A stretch of DNA of 64,000 nt from Iphione sp. A-MEVVRFRX5. Lineage: Eukaryota. Shown in pieces: positions 51,863 through 64,000 of the stretch. Numbering within the stretch: the first letter of the stretch is position 1; each line of letters begins with the position of its first letter. The translations under genes and the position numbers were made by a program. The notes beneath the pieces are model-generated. The model did not search any database, had not been told where the DNA came from, and saw nothing but the letters and a program-made list of their open reading frames with translations. The stretch covers positions 39,680,001-39,744,000 of the forward strand of contig OZ320316.1 in NCBI GenBank assembly GCA_976226885.1, given 5' to 3'.

Positions 51863-54183
51863 AGATGGAAGTTGGGCGAGCGCAGGTATGGAGAAACCTG
51901 AACCATGTAAGAGAGGTTTACAGTAGTGGAGAACGATATGGGCCTTTTTAATATGCTAACACCCCAGAAATGGTCGGCGAGGGAGGGCATCTTGGATCAT
52001 CTGTATCTTTACCCCCAGTTGAGTGGGTGATATATATGGCGGTGAACGGTGTCCTCAAGGAAGGATGCGGCCGACGACAATCTGACCTAGCTAAGTTAGC
52101 CAATTTGGTTACCATGACGAAGGCTGCTGATGTTTCATCCCGGGTTGGCTAGCCTTTGTCATGACGACGATTCATCACTGTCATGATTGGTCACTGTCAG
52201 CGCCCCTGGCGGGGACGGCTGAAATTGCCGCAACCACCCTGCTGTCAGGCAAGACAAGACTCAAACAACGTGAGGCAACAACACCTCGCCTGCCACTGGC
52301 CTGGGGCCAACTCTTTCCGTCCAGGATGACCGCGTAGAAAACAACGCGTCCGTCTTTTCGCGGGGATTTACATGTAAATGAGCTATTGTGTTGCCACTGA
52401 CCATAGTAGACTTGTGTGGCGTCAATGAGAAACTCTCTCCTCCCTTGTGCACGACACCCATCCTCAGCAGCACCCCCCCCTCCCCACCATCTACCACCCT
52501 CCCTCCCCCCACCACCCACCCCTAACAACCCAAACAAGGCGCGCAATGGCCTTGCCTATTGGCTATCGGCAGGTTATCAATATGGAGTCCTGCTGAGAGG
52601 AGGGTGACCACTGCTGCTGGTGCCAAGCTGAGATAAGGCGGAATGATTCAAGTGTCCATGTCAAGCGACCAATCAGAGGCATTAGTACATGTAACATGGA
52701 ACAGAGGCTACCCTTCCACATCCCACACTGAATATGTATACCATAACCCTAAACAGATGCTCAAAATACAACCCTCGTCAGATACCATGTTTTACCATGG
52801 TTATAACACTGGCATAGTAAATAAATGACAATATTGATAAAAGGTCGTTGGGTCATTACGAGAGATGACATAAATGATCGTAGCGAACACCCCATACATC
52901 ACCACGGGCAGGCTGAACTGTGAAAAAATATCCCCTCAGATCAATCGATACACGGGTAAGTGGCTGATCTTTGTCTGAACCGATACTGGCGCTAAGGGTG
53001 CTTTTACAGCGTCCATCTTTTCCTCCAGTACCCAGACCCACCCCTTTCTACCCTTCCACCAACCTACCTCCTCCTATATAGTAGGGCAGGTTTTATCCCT
53101 GGCTCAAACCCACTTACCTAGAGTGGACCTCTCTAGCCTACCACTTTAACACGGAGTCCACATTACCCATTGCATCCTTCCTCTACCCGTCAGCTCCTCT
53201 GCCTATTTCGTTCGGGATCTAAGCACCACCGTCCACTCTCCTCTATTTTTTTCCATCTACACTTTGCAGTGTTTCCCGCGCGGCGTGGACTGTTGGTTTT
53301 CCACTGCCCGCGGCGGGTGAGAGGCTTTAAACAAACGGCTGGATCAATACCTCACGCCGACCATGGGTGTAAAGTGCGTTACCATTGGATCCCTCCGTCC
53401 CATGCTTTCCAACACCTTGCTTCCTGCCGTGGCATCCTTCGCTTGCTTCGATCCCCCGCGCGGATCCCCGTCGTCTATGACTCGCAGCCCACCTACAGCA
53501 TATGGGTGCCATCCATATCGCTCCATCCCTCTCTTGCACACACCACCCAACACCCCCTTCAATAGACGCCGACGCCGCCAGGGGCAGCACTAGCACCAGC
53601 GCCATTGCCAGTCGCTGCCTTCCCTTAGGAACCGGCAACGGTTGCGTCATACACACTTGGAGGCGACGGGAACCATGCATGAAGCGTACACGCAGGCTCC
53701 AGTAGGGAATGGCAGAGACAGGGCCACAGCGCGAAGAGAGCTAGGACCAGAGCCGCCATGGCGTAACCAGTCCCAAACCACAGCTATTACTGGCCTGCAA
53801 GATGGTTAATAGGACCAAGGAGCTTGTTGATCGATGCCGATGATGCAGTGGTGAGGTGATGCCATCATGCGTGGAACCTGCGGGCCTCCACCGGACGCCT
53901 ATTGCATGATATCTGCAATGGCCGCTCGTGACGAGCATGCCCTTCCTCTTTCTTCCTATTTTTTCTGGTCTTTTCAAAGCGGCCAGAATGCAGATGGAGG
54001 ATTTAAATCGTTACGACCATGGCAGATGGACTCAGCCCAAGCTGAGCGCGGGCAGGAACACCATGCGGGCCGAGGGTTAGGCGAGATTGGGATGGGGGGG
54101 AGGGGTTTTGGGTGAGTAGTTTGAGCATTGCCGAGGCCAATGACTCAGAGACGAGAAGCTCACAGCAGCTTGCAAGCGCTCAC

Positions 54184-54335
54184 CTTCGTCATTTCAGAAA
54201 ATCCCGCGCGCCGCGCCCTCTGCAGTGTCGTGCCGCGCGGTGCTGGGCGGCGGGGCGGCAAGCGGTGCGCACTCGCCGCACGGAGCCGCCTCGCCGCCTC
54301 GCTGCTCTAGCATGCCGCGCCGGTTTAAAATAGAC
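54184..54335 (-). promoter_or_regulatory. CpG-dense patch, candidate BCL11 promoter / first exon
   Basis: Very high CpG density at 54200-54320 (gcgcgccgcgcc, gccgcctcgccgcctcgc), AT-rich TATTTTAAA just upstream on the minus strand, and a strong minus-strand donor AAG|GTGAGC at 54184/54183. Confidence 0.35.
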
Positions 54336-57300
54336 GCCACTCAGATCATTAAAATTTAGGTCATCATATCTAAGGCTATCATCGCTTTTTTATTCCACCT
54401 TAACTCATGGCTGCACTGGACACGCTGCCAAGCGAGCGGTGGAGCTGAGGAGGGTGGGCAGCTAGGCGTCCGGGGGAGGAGCCTCGCGTGAGTCAGTCAC
54501 GAACCTGTCATGGCTATGCCACTTTGATCATCCCATTCCTAAATATAGAAATATTCACAATAATGATTAAAGTCCCCCTGATGTCCAAGCATCCACCCTC
54601 CTGCGTTCTCTTACTGTGGATTGTCCGCATGCAATCCACGTGTATTGTACATTATGTACATGTCTATTTATATGCGTGCTGTTTTGACTTTTCATGTGAT
54701 TGCTTTTGTGCTGTTTGCGTAGAAACTCTAAAGAATATCTCAAATGCTTGAAGTTACGTCTGGGTATACGAAAAGATTATATACCTCATAAACACATATA
54801 TTTAAGACAAATAATCTCCGTGAGCAAGACATACGTACAGGTGTATGTGACAACTACACATTCACACCAATGTGTATTTACTCTTGGTGAACAAGTAATC
54901 AATTTACATAATTTAGCATTTGGCACAACTACAGCCACACTTCCTTTTTGCTGGGCGGTAGAGAAGACTATGGCGGTTTCTTATAGTATAGTTCTCTTTA
55001 GCGTTGCTACTTGTCATTATTAATGCTTGGAGAGCTTGTCTGACTAAAAAGTGGGTCATCATTTGCCATCTTACGTATCGTCAAGTGTGAAGATGCATGG
55101 CCAACTTCGGGATGGGCCGAGCACTTCTGCTATAGCTGCTACCATTGCTTGTACTTGAAAAAGGGTCAAGATGGTTTACATACAAAGGTGTCCGCCTTAT
55201 CTTCAGCCACCATACCTAGAAATCTTTCGAACACAACCTGCTCAGAAAACGTGTAGGAGTAGTTTAAGAGAATTGATTTATAAATTCCCCCTTACAATGT
55301 TCTTGCGCTTTTTGTCGCTTTTCTTTCCTTAAACATTTGTGTGTGGGAGTTACCTATAGGCAATGGTACCGCTTCCGTACAGTTGAAGGAGGTGACCTAG
55401 AGCCCAAACCAAACTGACCCGTATCTGCTCTCCTCCTTTCTGCAGCACGTCCTCTGTGGGGAGGTTGAGTGTGCTGTGCCCGCTCTTGGGGCGTATTCCT
55501 GTCGAGCACCGTCAGTAGGCGGTGGACCTACTGCTAACACTGTCCTCAGCAGCAAGGACATGGACCAACAACACACAACGCCAACCCTGGCGGCGAACAG
55601 GGCGGGACAAGCAAAGCAAAGGCCCAGGTGTTACGTGTATATTGACCAAGGATTACCCAGACAGGTGAACCTAGGCATTACTGTTTTATGTCCGTTGAAT
55701 ACCATGGGAAGTTTGGACAGTGAAGGGCAGTAAAAAAACACATAATGTGAATATGGCCTCTCGACTGGCTGCGGTGCGGCCTCTACTTCGACACACACGC
55801 GGGGAAGGTGTACTGCGCACTAAGCTTTTGTTGCAAGAATAAGTAACACCTGTGGCATTGACAGGTCGATAAACGGCGTGAAATTGGTCAGAAATTCGAA
55901 TTCCGATGTCCGACCAGTAGTCAGCCGAACAAAGGTGGTTAGGTAGGGTTTGGTCAGTGCCGGGGGATGAAAGGAAGCGCCGGCCTGCCAATGATTACAT
56001 TGGAGGTGGGGCCTCGGTAATTCAGTAGTGTGTAAACGCCTAAGAAGGCGGGGAGTTTAAACAACCCACGGAGGTCACAAGGGGTGACCGGCCTGTCTCA
56101 CCGGCCAGGTAACCGACAGGTTGATGAAGGCGGGCGCCGCATTCCACTCGGCTTGACCACTGTCCAACTGGCAACGCTTAACTTGCCAAAATAGGAGCTA
56201 TCACCCACTGACCAGAATCTGGACAGGTGGGGGCGGGGTTGTAAGCGAGTTGGACACGGTTGGTAAGGAATTTCGCAGGTGAACGAGCATTATAAGATCG
56301 GCCGTAACGTGGTGTTGGCGCTGTTTCCCCGACAAACAGCACAATGTTTGTGCAAAGGCTCGTCACCGAGCGCTCAGTATATAAAGACCAAGAATCGTCC
56401 CCCACCTATATATCTCTCCAATCCCACCTCGGTACACATGAGCACAGAGACACTTGCACACACTGCGCACGCACCTGTCCCATCCCATGGCCATCTTTCC
56501 TTGTTGTGGCGTTTATCTCCTATTTCAACATGCATGTAGTACTCCCTTCCACGTGATCGTGGCTTTGGCACTATTCAATGCAAGCACTCTGCATCTGCAG
56601 GTGCTAAGTTGGGAATTGAACGACAAGAGCAGCTCATTGTGTGCGTGATCTGCTCACACCTGCTTCCACTGTCCGGCGGTTAATGCACCCACCCAACCGT
56701 CAAGGTAAACACAGGCCTGTCGTCTTATTGATCTTCAGGTTTCCCTTTACATGACGGACACACTGCCTGAGAACTGCACTTAGGAAGAAATATGGTAGTG
56801 TCCAAGCAGAGTACAATATCTTTGAAATTCTTTCAATTTCTAACTCATTCCACCGAAAAGGGGGAAAACCAGTATAATACAAGAGTGAATGATGTGTGTA
56901 ACTCTTTACTAAGAAACCATCAGTATTTGTTAAATATGGATCAATTAGGAAAAGGGAAATGAATTCCCTACCCAAGCATCAGCCCAAGCGCCCACTCCAC
57001 AAAGTCCTATTTCCACGCATCAAGTCAAATGATACTCAGTTAAAACGCCGGCTGCTACTGCACCATTGGAAATATGCTCATGGTGTGAAACGGGGGGGGG
57101 GGGGGGCACTCATCCATTCAAGTCATCCGACCACGCATCTACCCATTCACCTATCACTTCCACCCTCTACCTACTACACCTTACACGCGCGCTAGAGGCA
57201 ATGATTACATATGTCCCTCTAGTAGTAGTTGGCTGCTAGGAGGTGGTTGTCATATTATACTTCTGCCGACCGGGTAACATACATCGCGCAGCTAAACGGA

Positions 57301-58137
57301 CATTGCCGAGGAAGGAAAAACATCATTGTTCAATTCAAGTGTAACCCAACCAGGGCGCCTTGTCTCCCCTTTTTATACAAATTCCGTTTATTTTTTCTAT
57401 TTTATTTTGCCCTTTGGGATTTTTTTCTCGCTCGTAGTTTTTTTAACCATCCGCATCGCAGTAGGCATTTTAAGCCAGAAAGTCCCATATTTGGAAAGCC
57501 GCTTAATGGAAACAAGAGAGAAAAACAATAGCAAGTGGTGAGCTACTGTGTCTGTGTGTTGACTGGCGATGTTGAACTGTTGGTCGCCCATTAAGGAGAT
57601 AAACGTTGCACTGCAAATGAGAAGACAGGAATCACCCGAGCCTCATTATATGCACGTATATGTATAGTAATATGTGTCTAAATATTTTCCTATTATTTAT
57701 AGCATGTTGCCGCTGAGTTACGAAGGTCACTGAAATCAGGCTTTGTCGATAAGTGCGTTAAATTACTGCCAACATAGTATACGTAGAGCGAGACCTCTAA
57801 TGAGATCGTTAGACACATTTCTATATACATGTATGCTATAGGCTAATTCAATAGCTTTCTTCAAGCCAACAACACCCCTCACCTACGTTTCGGGATTGGT
57901 AAGATGTCTGGGTCTCGATTCTGCCAACAATCCTGTACCATGCCTTACAACGAATAAAGCTCCTCGAGATTTAAGTTCCTTTTTAGTACATGCAACTGTA
58001 TTGGTTACGCATGCGTAATAATGGTCAGTAGAATATACATGTAACCACGTTTAACCTGTTTTTTTCTGGTTAATAATCGTCACATCGGAGCATTTTCTCC
58101 TGTACATATATCGATGTGTAGCAAGGGGACTTAAAAT

Positions 58138-58170
58138 TGATTTGAATTTGAATTTGAATTCTTTATTTCT
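58138..58170 (-). mobile_element. Possible LINE/SINE 3' tail: AATAAA followed by (TTCAAA)3
   Basis: The minus strand reads AGAAATAAAGAATTCAAATTCAAATTCAAAT, and the adjoining 58170-59150 is CpG-poor. A short tandem tail after AATAAA is common at L2/CR1-group 3' ends, but I could not recover convincing RT motifs upstream. Confidence 0.35.
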
Positions 58171-61100
58171 GAAGGTGATTTAATACATATGTATAGGCTT
58201 CAGATTTTTGTGCAGCATGATATATGATGAACAGGACTCCGCTGATCACATAACAAAGACTTCATCTAATCGTATACAGACCAGCTTTTAAGACAGCAGA
58301 AGCAGTAACATATTTCCTTTCTAAGACTAGAACATTTAGCCTTCAAATCAGTTGGAGCAGGCAAGGAAACTCCAGGGCCGTTCAATGTGGGTAGTGTATG
58401 AGCCTGATGAGAGGTAAATAGAGAATTTACTTTAGGCATACAACAAACTTTAGAAAAGCACTGGTGTTTTTAACTAGTTAATATGTGAAACATTTCTAAA
58501 AAAAATCTAAATAAATTAAGACCGACATTTGGTCTCTCCTAGAATGAGAGGATGGGTCTTATCAGTGAAAGATCCCGTGCTCTACTATGGAAACTATTAC
58601 AGATGAATAATAACGACTCAATATATGATGTACATGTATTTCATTGTTATAGAATAGTGTGATTACATTGAGATATTCCAGATAATATAGTACACTAGAC
58701 AAACGAAAGAGTAACACATGTACATGTATATCTATTTAAAAATAGGAAAGGGCATGAAATAGTAGGTAACATTATATTTCAAGTTTGGTCTGAGTGCCAG
58801 GTTCCCTCACCTAGGTGCACTGCTATTTTTGCATAAATAAACGGGTGTGCTATCATATATGCTGCCTCATTAGGGAGGCATTCAAACCATCTGGAAAACT
58901 GCGGGACAGAGTCAGCATTAATAAACATGACCTGCATGGGAGGATGACTTGACTATTTTAAACTAGGTCTTGTTTAGGAGGTATAGCCTCACTGCATGAG
59001 AGAGGTCTCAACATAGTGAAGTCTACTGTAGATCCTGTTAACATTTTCTTTACAGCAAGTGTCACCTTCCTATTGTGTTGTACAGTTATATGAAAGCCTT
59101 TCAAAAAAGGAAAATGTAATGAGAAGATGACAGAAAGACTTAGCTACTACACTTCACAAATCCCTCTTCCACAACTGGGCAGTGTAAAATTCGCGCTCCG
59201 CGGATTCTCTCGCAAAAAAGAAATCCTCACTTCGCCTTTTCCATTACCTGGTAGTGTACTCGGATATTTTTTGTATTTAACTTGAGTAGGGCAAATGATC
59301 AGTTTAAAATTTAACTAAGGCGACACTTTTCAACCCAGTGCACCCAAATAAAAATAACAGTCTTCTCACTTTAGGACTTTTTAATGAGTAAAAAAAAGGA
59401 ATGACAGACACACGAACGTGATACTTTTCCATTGGGCTTTGCAGCACATAAACAAAATGGAAAAAAAAAACCCTGCAGTACCCGACCAGGCAGATGGTCC
59501 TGGCGGTCTAGGCTGCGGTATCCCACCACGTGTAAGTAATCTTTTGATATGGCTTTTAAAGCCAGTGTGATTAGGTATTTACTGCACGATTATTTGCCGG
59601 TTTATATATGAGAGTCCGGTTCTCTTTAGGTTTCGATGCAAGGCACTTGAGACTGATTCACTTGGATGCTTTTACTAACATCAATCAGCAGCTAATGTAC
59701 CAGTGTTCGGCCCACACGAGAGGATGATTACCTAGATATTCATGTGCACACAATGTATCCTGGATATAATGAAACATGTGGAAGTGTACCCTTCGACTTA
59801 AGTATGGGCATCACCAACTCACGCGAATGGTATACTTGTGTATATACATGTATTCACTATCCATGTATGTATATCACGGAAGTAAACATTATATTGCTAC
59901 GGTCTGTTTATTTAAAGAAGGCGGGGGGTGGAGAACCCTGCTTCCTAGATGCCGGTTTAGGACGACAATTTGAGTGTAGGTAGGGAGTGCATGGCAAGCC
60001 CGTGCATGCAAACTTTTCGGGGTTATAAGTAAAGGGGTGAAGCCGGCTGGGGTGGCCCTATCTCTAGCCAGTCGGGGCTGATGAAAAGTCAAATGGCACT
60101 TCAGCCTGTGCGCGAGGAAGCCTTCTGACATTTATGGCCCTGAAATGGCGACTGGCCGACGGCGAGCTCGTAGCGCGGACATCCCATACATTACTGGGCA
60201 ACGCGGGCGGACGGCGGCTCAAGTGACAGCGCGTGCCCCGCCAACTGGCCCCCGCCCCCGGTCTCCGACCTCGGTCGGTAGCCGCGCGTTCACTCGCTGT
60301 CCACTGGGGCGGTCAGCGGCCGGTCATTGGATGTGACATGGGTCAGCCGGTGGTCAACAAGTAAAGGCGTGGTCAGTGGGGAAACGGGAGGCGTGGCTCC
60401 GGTAGTTGACCACCGCCCCCTTCACTATTGCCCTGTCAGTCGCTGACCACCCCTCCATCGTCTAGTGGCTACCAAACAACCTGTTGGACGCCCGCCTCCT
60501 CAGCATACTATCCATACAGGACAGGGGGCATCCATTAAATGCATTCAATTTAAAACTAGTTCGTTATGCCCCGTGTATCCAGGTCGCTGCTGAGCTACTG
60601 TATCTGTCATCCGATATATCACTGTATATCCAATATAACTATATATATATGTATAGTCACGGACCAGTATGTACATATGTCAAAAATATATATGATCTCT
60701 GGATTTTGCTGCTGTTATGTGCACTACAACTATAGAAATATGATTCAGTGGCAGGAAATGCTCAGTTTCCAAACGAAACTATTTTGTACGTGCATGAAAC
60801 CGAGATGAGTCAACTCTCTCGAGGTTTCACCCTATATATAAACATGTGTATGCATATTAATATGTATAGGCGTGTTTGTGTATATTCTGTGTATGTCTGT
60901 TCGAATATCCTCCCTTTGGACAGAAGATGTTCGGAAAATTAAATTTGTTGGCGGGAGCCAATAACTTTGGTCTTACATTGGGTTCATGAGGTTGTGATCC
61001 ATCATCTGCTTACGAAGGGAATTCGAGACAGATAAGTGTTAAAAGTACAAGTAGAGATACATGCTAAAGTACAACTAGTTACAAAAATAGACCTGCGGGG

Positions 61101-61375
61101 TCTATTGTCCCTCAAACTCAGTGCCCATTGCAATGAGTATTAACTGGTGCTTCTAGGACAAAACATGAAAAATGAGAAAATTGATGGATATCTAGCAACT
61201 ATTAGCTTTCTCAAAGCTCTGGGCATCATAATCTGAAGGTTAACATAACCGGAAGCTCCTGATGGAGATGGAAGATAACACAAATACATTCCTACAGTCT
61301 CAGTGGAAAAAGACTAGTTACGTTTTCATAACTCAACTCAGCAAATAGCTGTGGATCACATGTATATATTATCTG

Positions 61376-61482
61376 TATGTATGTGCATGTATATGTGTAT
61401 ATATGCATGTATGTACACAATGTATGCATGCATGTATGTATGTATGTATGTATGTATACGTGCCTATGTATGCATGCATACA
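61376..61482. repeat. (ATGT)n/(AT)n degenerate microsatellite
   Basis: Directly visible. Confidence 0.9.
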
Positions 61483-64000
61483 TGCTTATGGATCAACTTG
61501 CTTCATTTGTTTATCTTTTTTTCAAATCCAAGTCACCCTTCTCCCTTTGGCTCAGTCAGACTGTTTCTCCCTGCTCGCTCGCTTCTTTACTGAGCGCACC
61601 TCCTCAGACCTTAGCCTGCGGGCTTTTCTACTCTTGCTAGACCTGCCCTCCTCCTTTCCTTTGCTTTACACCTCTATGTAAAATACAGGTATTATGTTGG
61701 CATTCCCCTGACCTGAGCTGACCAGGACCCCGGGCACCTCGGGCTGGGTTCAGTGGCCACACGCCATCGTCGGGCCCTCTCCTGGACGCTAGTAAGCGTC
61801 GGGTCAGTTTGACATGCTATAGCCGCCCACCTGGATCGTCAGTCTCGCTAGCATGCTTCACACCCTCCGATTGTGACCTGCTGGCCCCCCGCCTGGTCAC
61901 CCCTGCCTTCCCGCCGGCAACCATAACCACCTCACCGCCTTCCCCGGCTGGCGTGACCTCCACAGCCCAGTAGGAAAGAAAAGAAGTCAAACACAAAGCA
62001 CTGTGCGAAATGAAATAAAAACCAAAAGGAAGTCTGAGCTGTGTCGCCTGCTATGAAAGTTAACGTAAGAAAAAAGATCAAATAGGCCCAACATGGCGTC
62101 ATCAGCGGCTATAACTAATGGCCTCCCGACTTAAGTATTGAACGAGAATGTAGCCAAATATACACCCCCCACCATTTCTCCTGTTTATAGCGGCATAGGC
62201 CACATCCAGCGCCACGTAGCGCCGTGAGCAGCCAACTATGACCTTGGCTAACTCCGTGCCTAATGATCAGTCGCGGTCCCTGGGTCAAGATTCCGACTTT
62301 TGAAGCTACGCCTTGTTCAGGGCAGATTCTAAGAGTTCTGGACTTTTAACTGGTACCTTGGGGTCAAGGATATTCCTGATACAAAGGCAAGGCGGCCCTG
62401 GACCGCTCAGACAGGTCTATACCTTCGTGCCATAATAAGTATACATGTACAGATTTCCTTTAGTTCAGTCGAAGCAATGAACGCGTACTTGTAAATGTTG
62501 AAAAGTATGTCTGACGTAATTCCTATTCGCTCCAGCAACCTTCAAGTTTAGCCCTCTGGCACCAATCCTCTTCCGTAATTCTCATGTCCCCTTCAAGGCT
62601 AGGGTTATCAACTAGTTTTTCGGTGACCACATAAATTCGCAATCACCATGGATCTCACTTTTTGTCACCGCTTATTTCGAGGACAAATGGATAATGATAT
62701 TCATCGTACAATCATGTGCAAGAAGACCATGCTGCAATTTACGTCAGCCAATAAACTAGTACTCATGCCTGGTTTGCGGGTCATTCACTCACAGGCATGT
62801 ACACGCATGGTCATTTATATATTCATACGACCAAAGGTCCAAATAGACCTGGTGGCGACTGACACCAAAAGAGAGCGAAGCAGCAATTTCCATCGTCCAT
62901 GCTAGTCGATCAGTGCAAAAGAAACTATGTGCTCCTAAAAGGCGAAAAAATTGGTTTGTTCTGGAATATATTTCTTTGTATGTTTATTTCTGCCTTTTTC
63001 CTGTGTGCGCCCATATGATCTTGACCTCAATGTAGTGCGACAGTGAAGGAAATTACATACATATATATACATGTACGTGTTCATACATATATGTATGTAC
63101 ATATAAACGCACCCCACAGCGAGATAGGGAGACCCTGATGCACGATACTTTGGTCATGTCTAACCGCCTCGCCCTCCCGCCCTCTTCACTCCCCGCACTT
63201 CCTCCGACTGCATCCAGACCTTGTCAGTGACAGTCATGTTGCGAGGACCCGCTGGTCCAATAGGGGGATTAGCCCCGGATCTCCTCTACAGCCAGGCATG
63301 ACAGACCATCATTGGCCTGGTCAGCCCATTGGCCCCTTGTCCAGCCCGTCGGCCTTCAGTGTGCCACTGTATCAGACAAGGCAGACCAAAGTGGCCTTTA
63401 GAGAGGCACCCCGCGTGGACGCCGCGGTCCGTGGATTTGCATGATTATTCCCACATCACGAGAGACAGCAATGCGGTTCCTGATAATCATGCCCACTGAG
63501 GATTGACCTGAGGCCACTGCTGATGTCCATCGCTTGGTTATACAAGAGCATACAGCGCAGCCCTGTCACTGTTACCCTGTCCGACCCAGCTCAGCCCCTG
63601 CGCCAGCCCACCTCCCTCCTCTCATCGAAAGGGCCATGAGGTAATAGCCGCTCGTGGCCTGGCCTCATCACAAAGTCCAATAAGGGTTAGTGTGTATTGG
63701 AAGGGAGCAGGATAGCAAGAATGGGGGGAGGGGGGGGGGGGTCTGATGCCTGGGCGAGCTGGAGGGATGAGGAAACTGGGTGGCGTTGTCGGGACTGAGG
63801 CTGGAGGCCACCCGCGGCCAACTGGACAAGTTCAAAGGGATCCAGACAACAGGCCCCGCCTGACCTGGCGGTGGTTCTCATTTGAAGAACACGAGCGCCG
63901 CTCTCGGTATAGAGACAGGCCGAAATGGAAAGGTTATAGGGCACTGGAGGTGAAGGGAAAAGGAGAGTGGCCGCTGGGAATCCATGGGTGGGTTATTCTG

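Noticed and set aside
53405-53435. HGRKQGVGKH resembling the vertebrate MSRRKQGKPQH N-terminus
   Set aside because: Only a partial match, no ATG at the expected position, and no convincing in-phase donor.
1-64000. tRNA, rRNA, CRISPR arrays, intact transposases or viral genes
   Set aside because: I found no T-loop/cloverleaf, rRNA signature, repeat-spacer array or long enzyme-like ORF. The remaining short ORFs look like random or microsatellite-derived frames.

Overview
Animal genomic DNA from a draft assembly with three N-gaps, probably a protostome invertebrate (species not determinable). It is about 99% non-coding. The only coding sequence I can support is one 585-bp internal exon (43428-44012, minus strand) of a BCL11A/BCL11B (Ctip) orthologue. 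It encodes the N-terminal CCHC zinc finger (LTCGDCQREFLLSDIVKFIQHKVNRCNKEN), a long acidic linker and the DAESNTT motif that precedes the first C2H2 finger. I found no downstream zinc-finger exon, so the left 43 kb appear to be intron. The first coding exon is uncertain; candidates lie near 49.4-49.6 kb and at a CpG-dense promoter-like patch near 54.2 kb. Other supported features are a 307-bp PIF/Harbinger MITE with TAA target-site duplication, a decayed L2/CR1-group LINE 3' fragment and many microsatellites. The best leads are regulatory: (1) a TATA/YY1 promoter-like element inside the intron that could make a BCL11 isoform without the CCHC multimerisation finger; (2) an excess and local clusters of TGACCA, the motif bound by mammalian BCL11A, raising possible autoregulation; (3) a fused CRE-C/EBP palindrome flanked by octamer motifs; (4) a sharply bounded, almost CpG-free 1.7-kb block carrying RFX X-box-like repeats. 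I saw no tRNA, rRNA, CRISPR array or intact transposon. All counts were made by eye, and nothing here demonstrates a new biological system.
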